DNA of 64,000 nucleotides from Alphaproteobacteria bacterium (GTDB lineage Bacteria; Pseudomonadota; Alphaproteobacteria; UBA9655): NCBI GenBank assembly GCA_021731585.1, contig JAKFXB010000124.1, positions 9,313 to 73,312 of the forward strand, read 5' to 3'. Shown piece by piece: positions 63,874 to 64,000 of this stretch (position 1 is its first letter; each line of letters starts with the position of its first letter). The notes under the pieces were generated by a model. It saw only the letters and a program-made list of their open reading frames with translations, ran no database searches and was not told where the DNA came from. The position numbers and the translations under genes were made by a program.

Positions 63874-64000
63874 AGGAAAGTTGTGTGTAACATAAAAATA
63901 ATTCACAACAATTGCAACTGTTAGTTCACCATTCGAAAAAGAATCTTCAAATTGACCTTTTCTGAGGAGAAGGTTATTCTTTGATCTTTAAAATAAGGAT

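Overview
This 64-kb chromosomal window looks like it comes from an intracellular alphaproteobacterium (Rickettsiales/Holosporales-like). That call is an inference from the ATP/ADP translocase, the sugar-phosphate antiporter, the yhhQ-tgt pair, and alphaproteobacterial gene orders: dnaG-rpoD, argS-SPOR-nagZ, tatABC-serS-nlpD-yajC-secDF, clpX-clpP-tig, rpsB-tsf-pyrH, tkt-gap and rplM-rpsI. About two thirds of the window is recognisable housekeeping, plus four tRNAs: Gly-CCC, Leu-TAG, Pro-GGG and Gln-TTG. The rest is AT-richer accessory patches. These encode signal-peptide proteins of unknown function, a secreted Fic protein with an atypical motif, a eukaryotic-like kinase candidate, a TacA/TacT-type toxin-antitoxin pair, pentapeptide and beta-helix proteins, and small Cys-rich proteins. 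I saw no rRNA, CRISPR array, integrase or transposase. The most unusual observation concerns two diverged paralogous genes, each 390 aa, that encode a P-loop ATPase fused to a PD-(D/E)xK-like module (AAA_14/DUF4143 type). Each sits alone between long direct repeats that duplicate the terminus of the neighbouring host gene. One pair is a perfect 23-mer of the cdd 3' end. The other is a perfect 46-mer, extended imperfectly to about 64 nt, of the ygfZ 5' end. The second locus also carries a tandem ORF-less copy of the cassette borders. This looks like footprints of a single-gene, recombinase-less integrative cassette. All functional calls rest on motif recognition by eye and no database search was possible.
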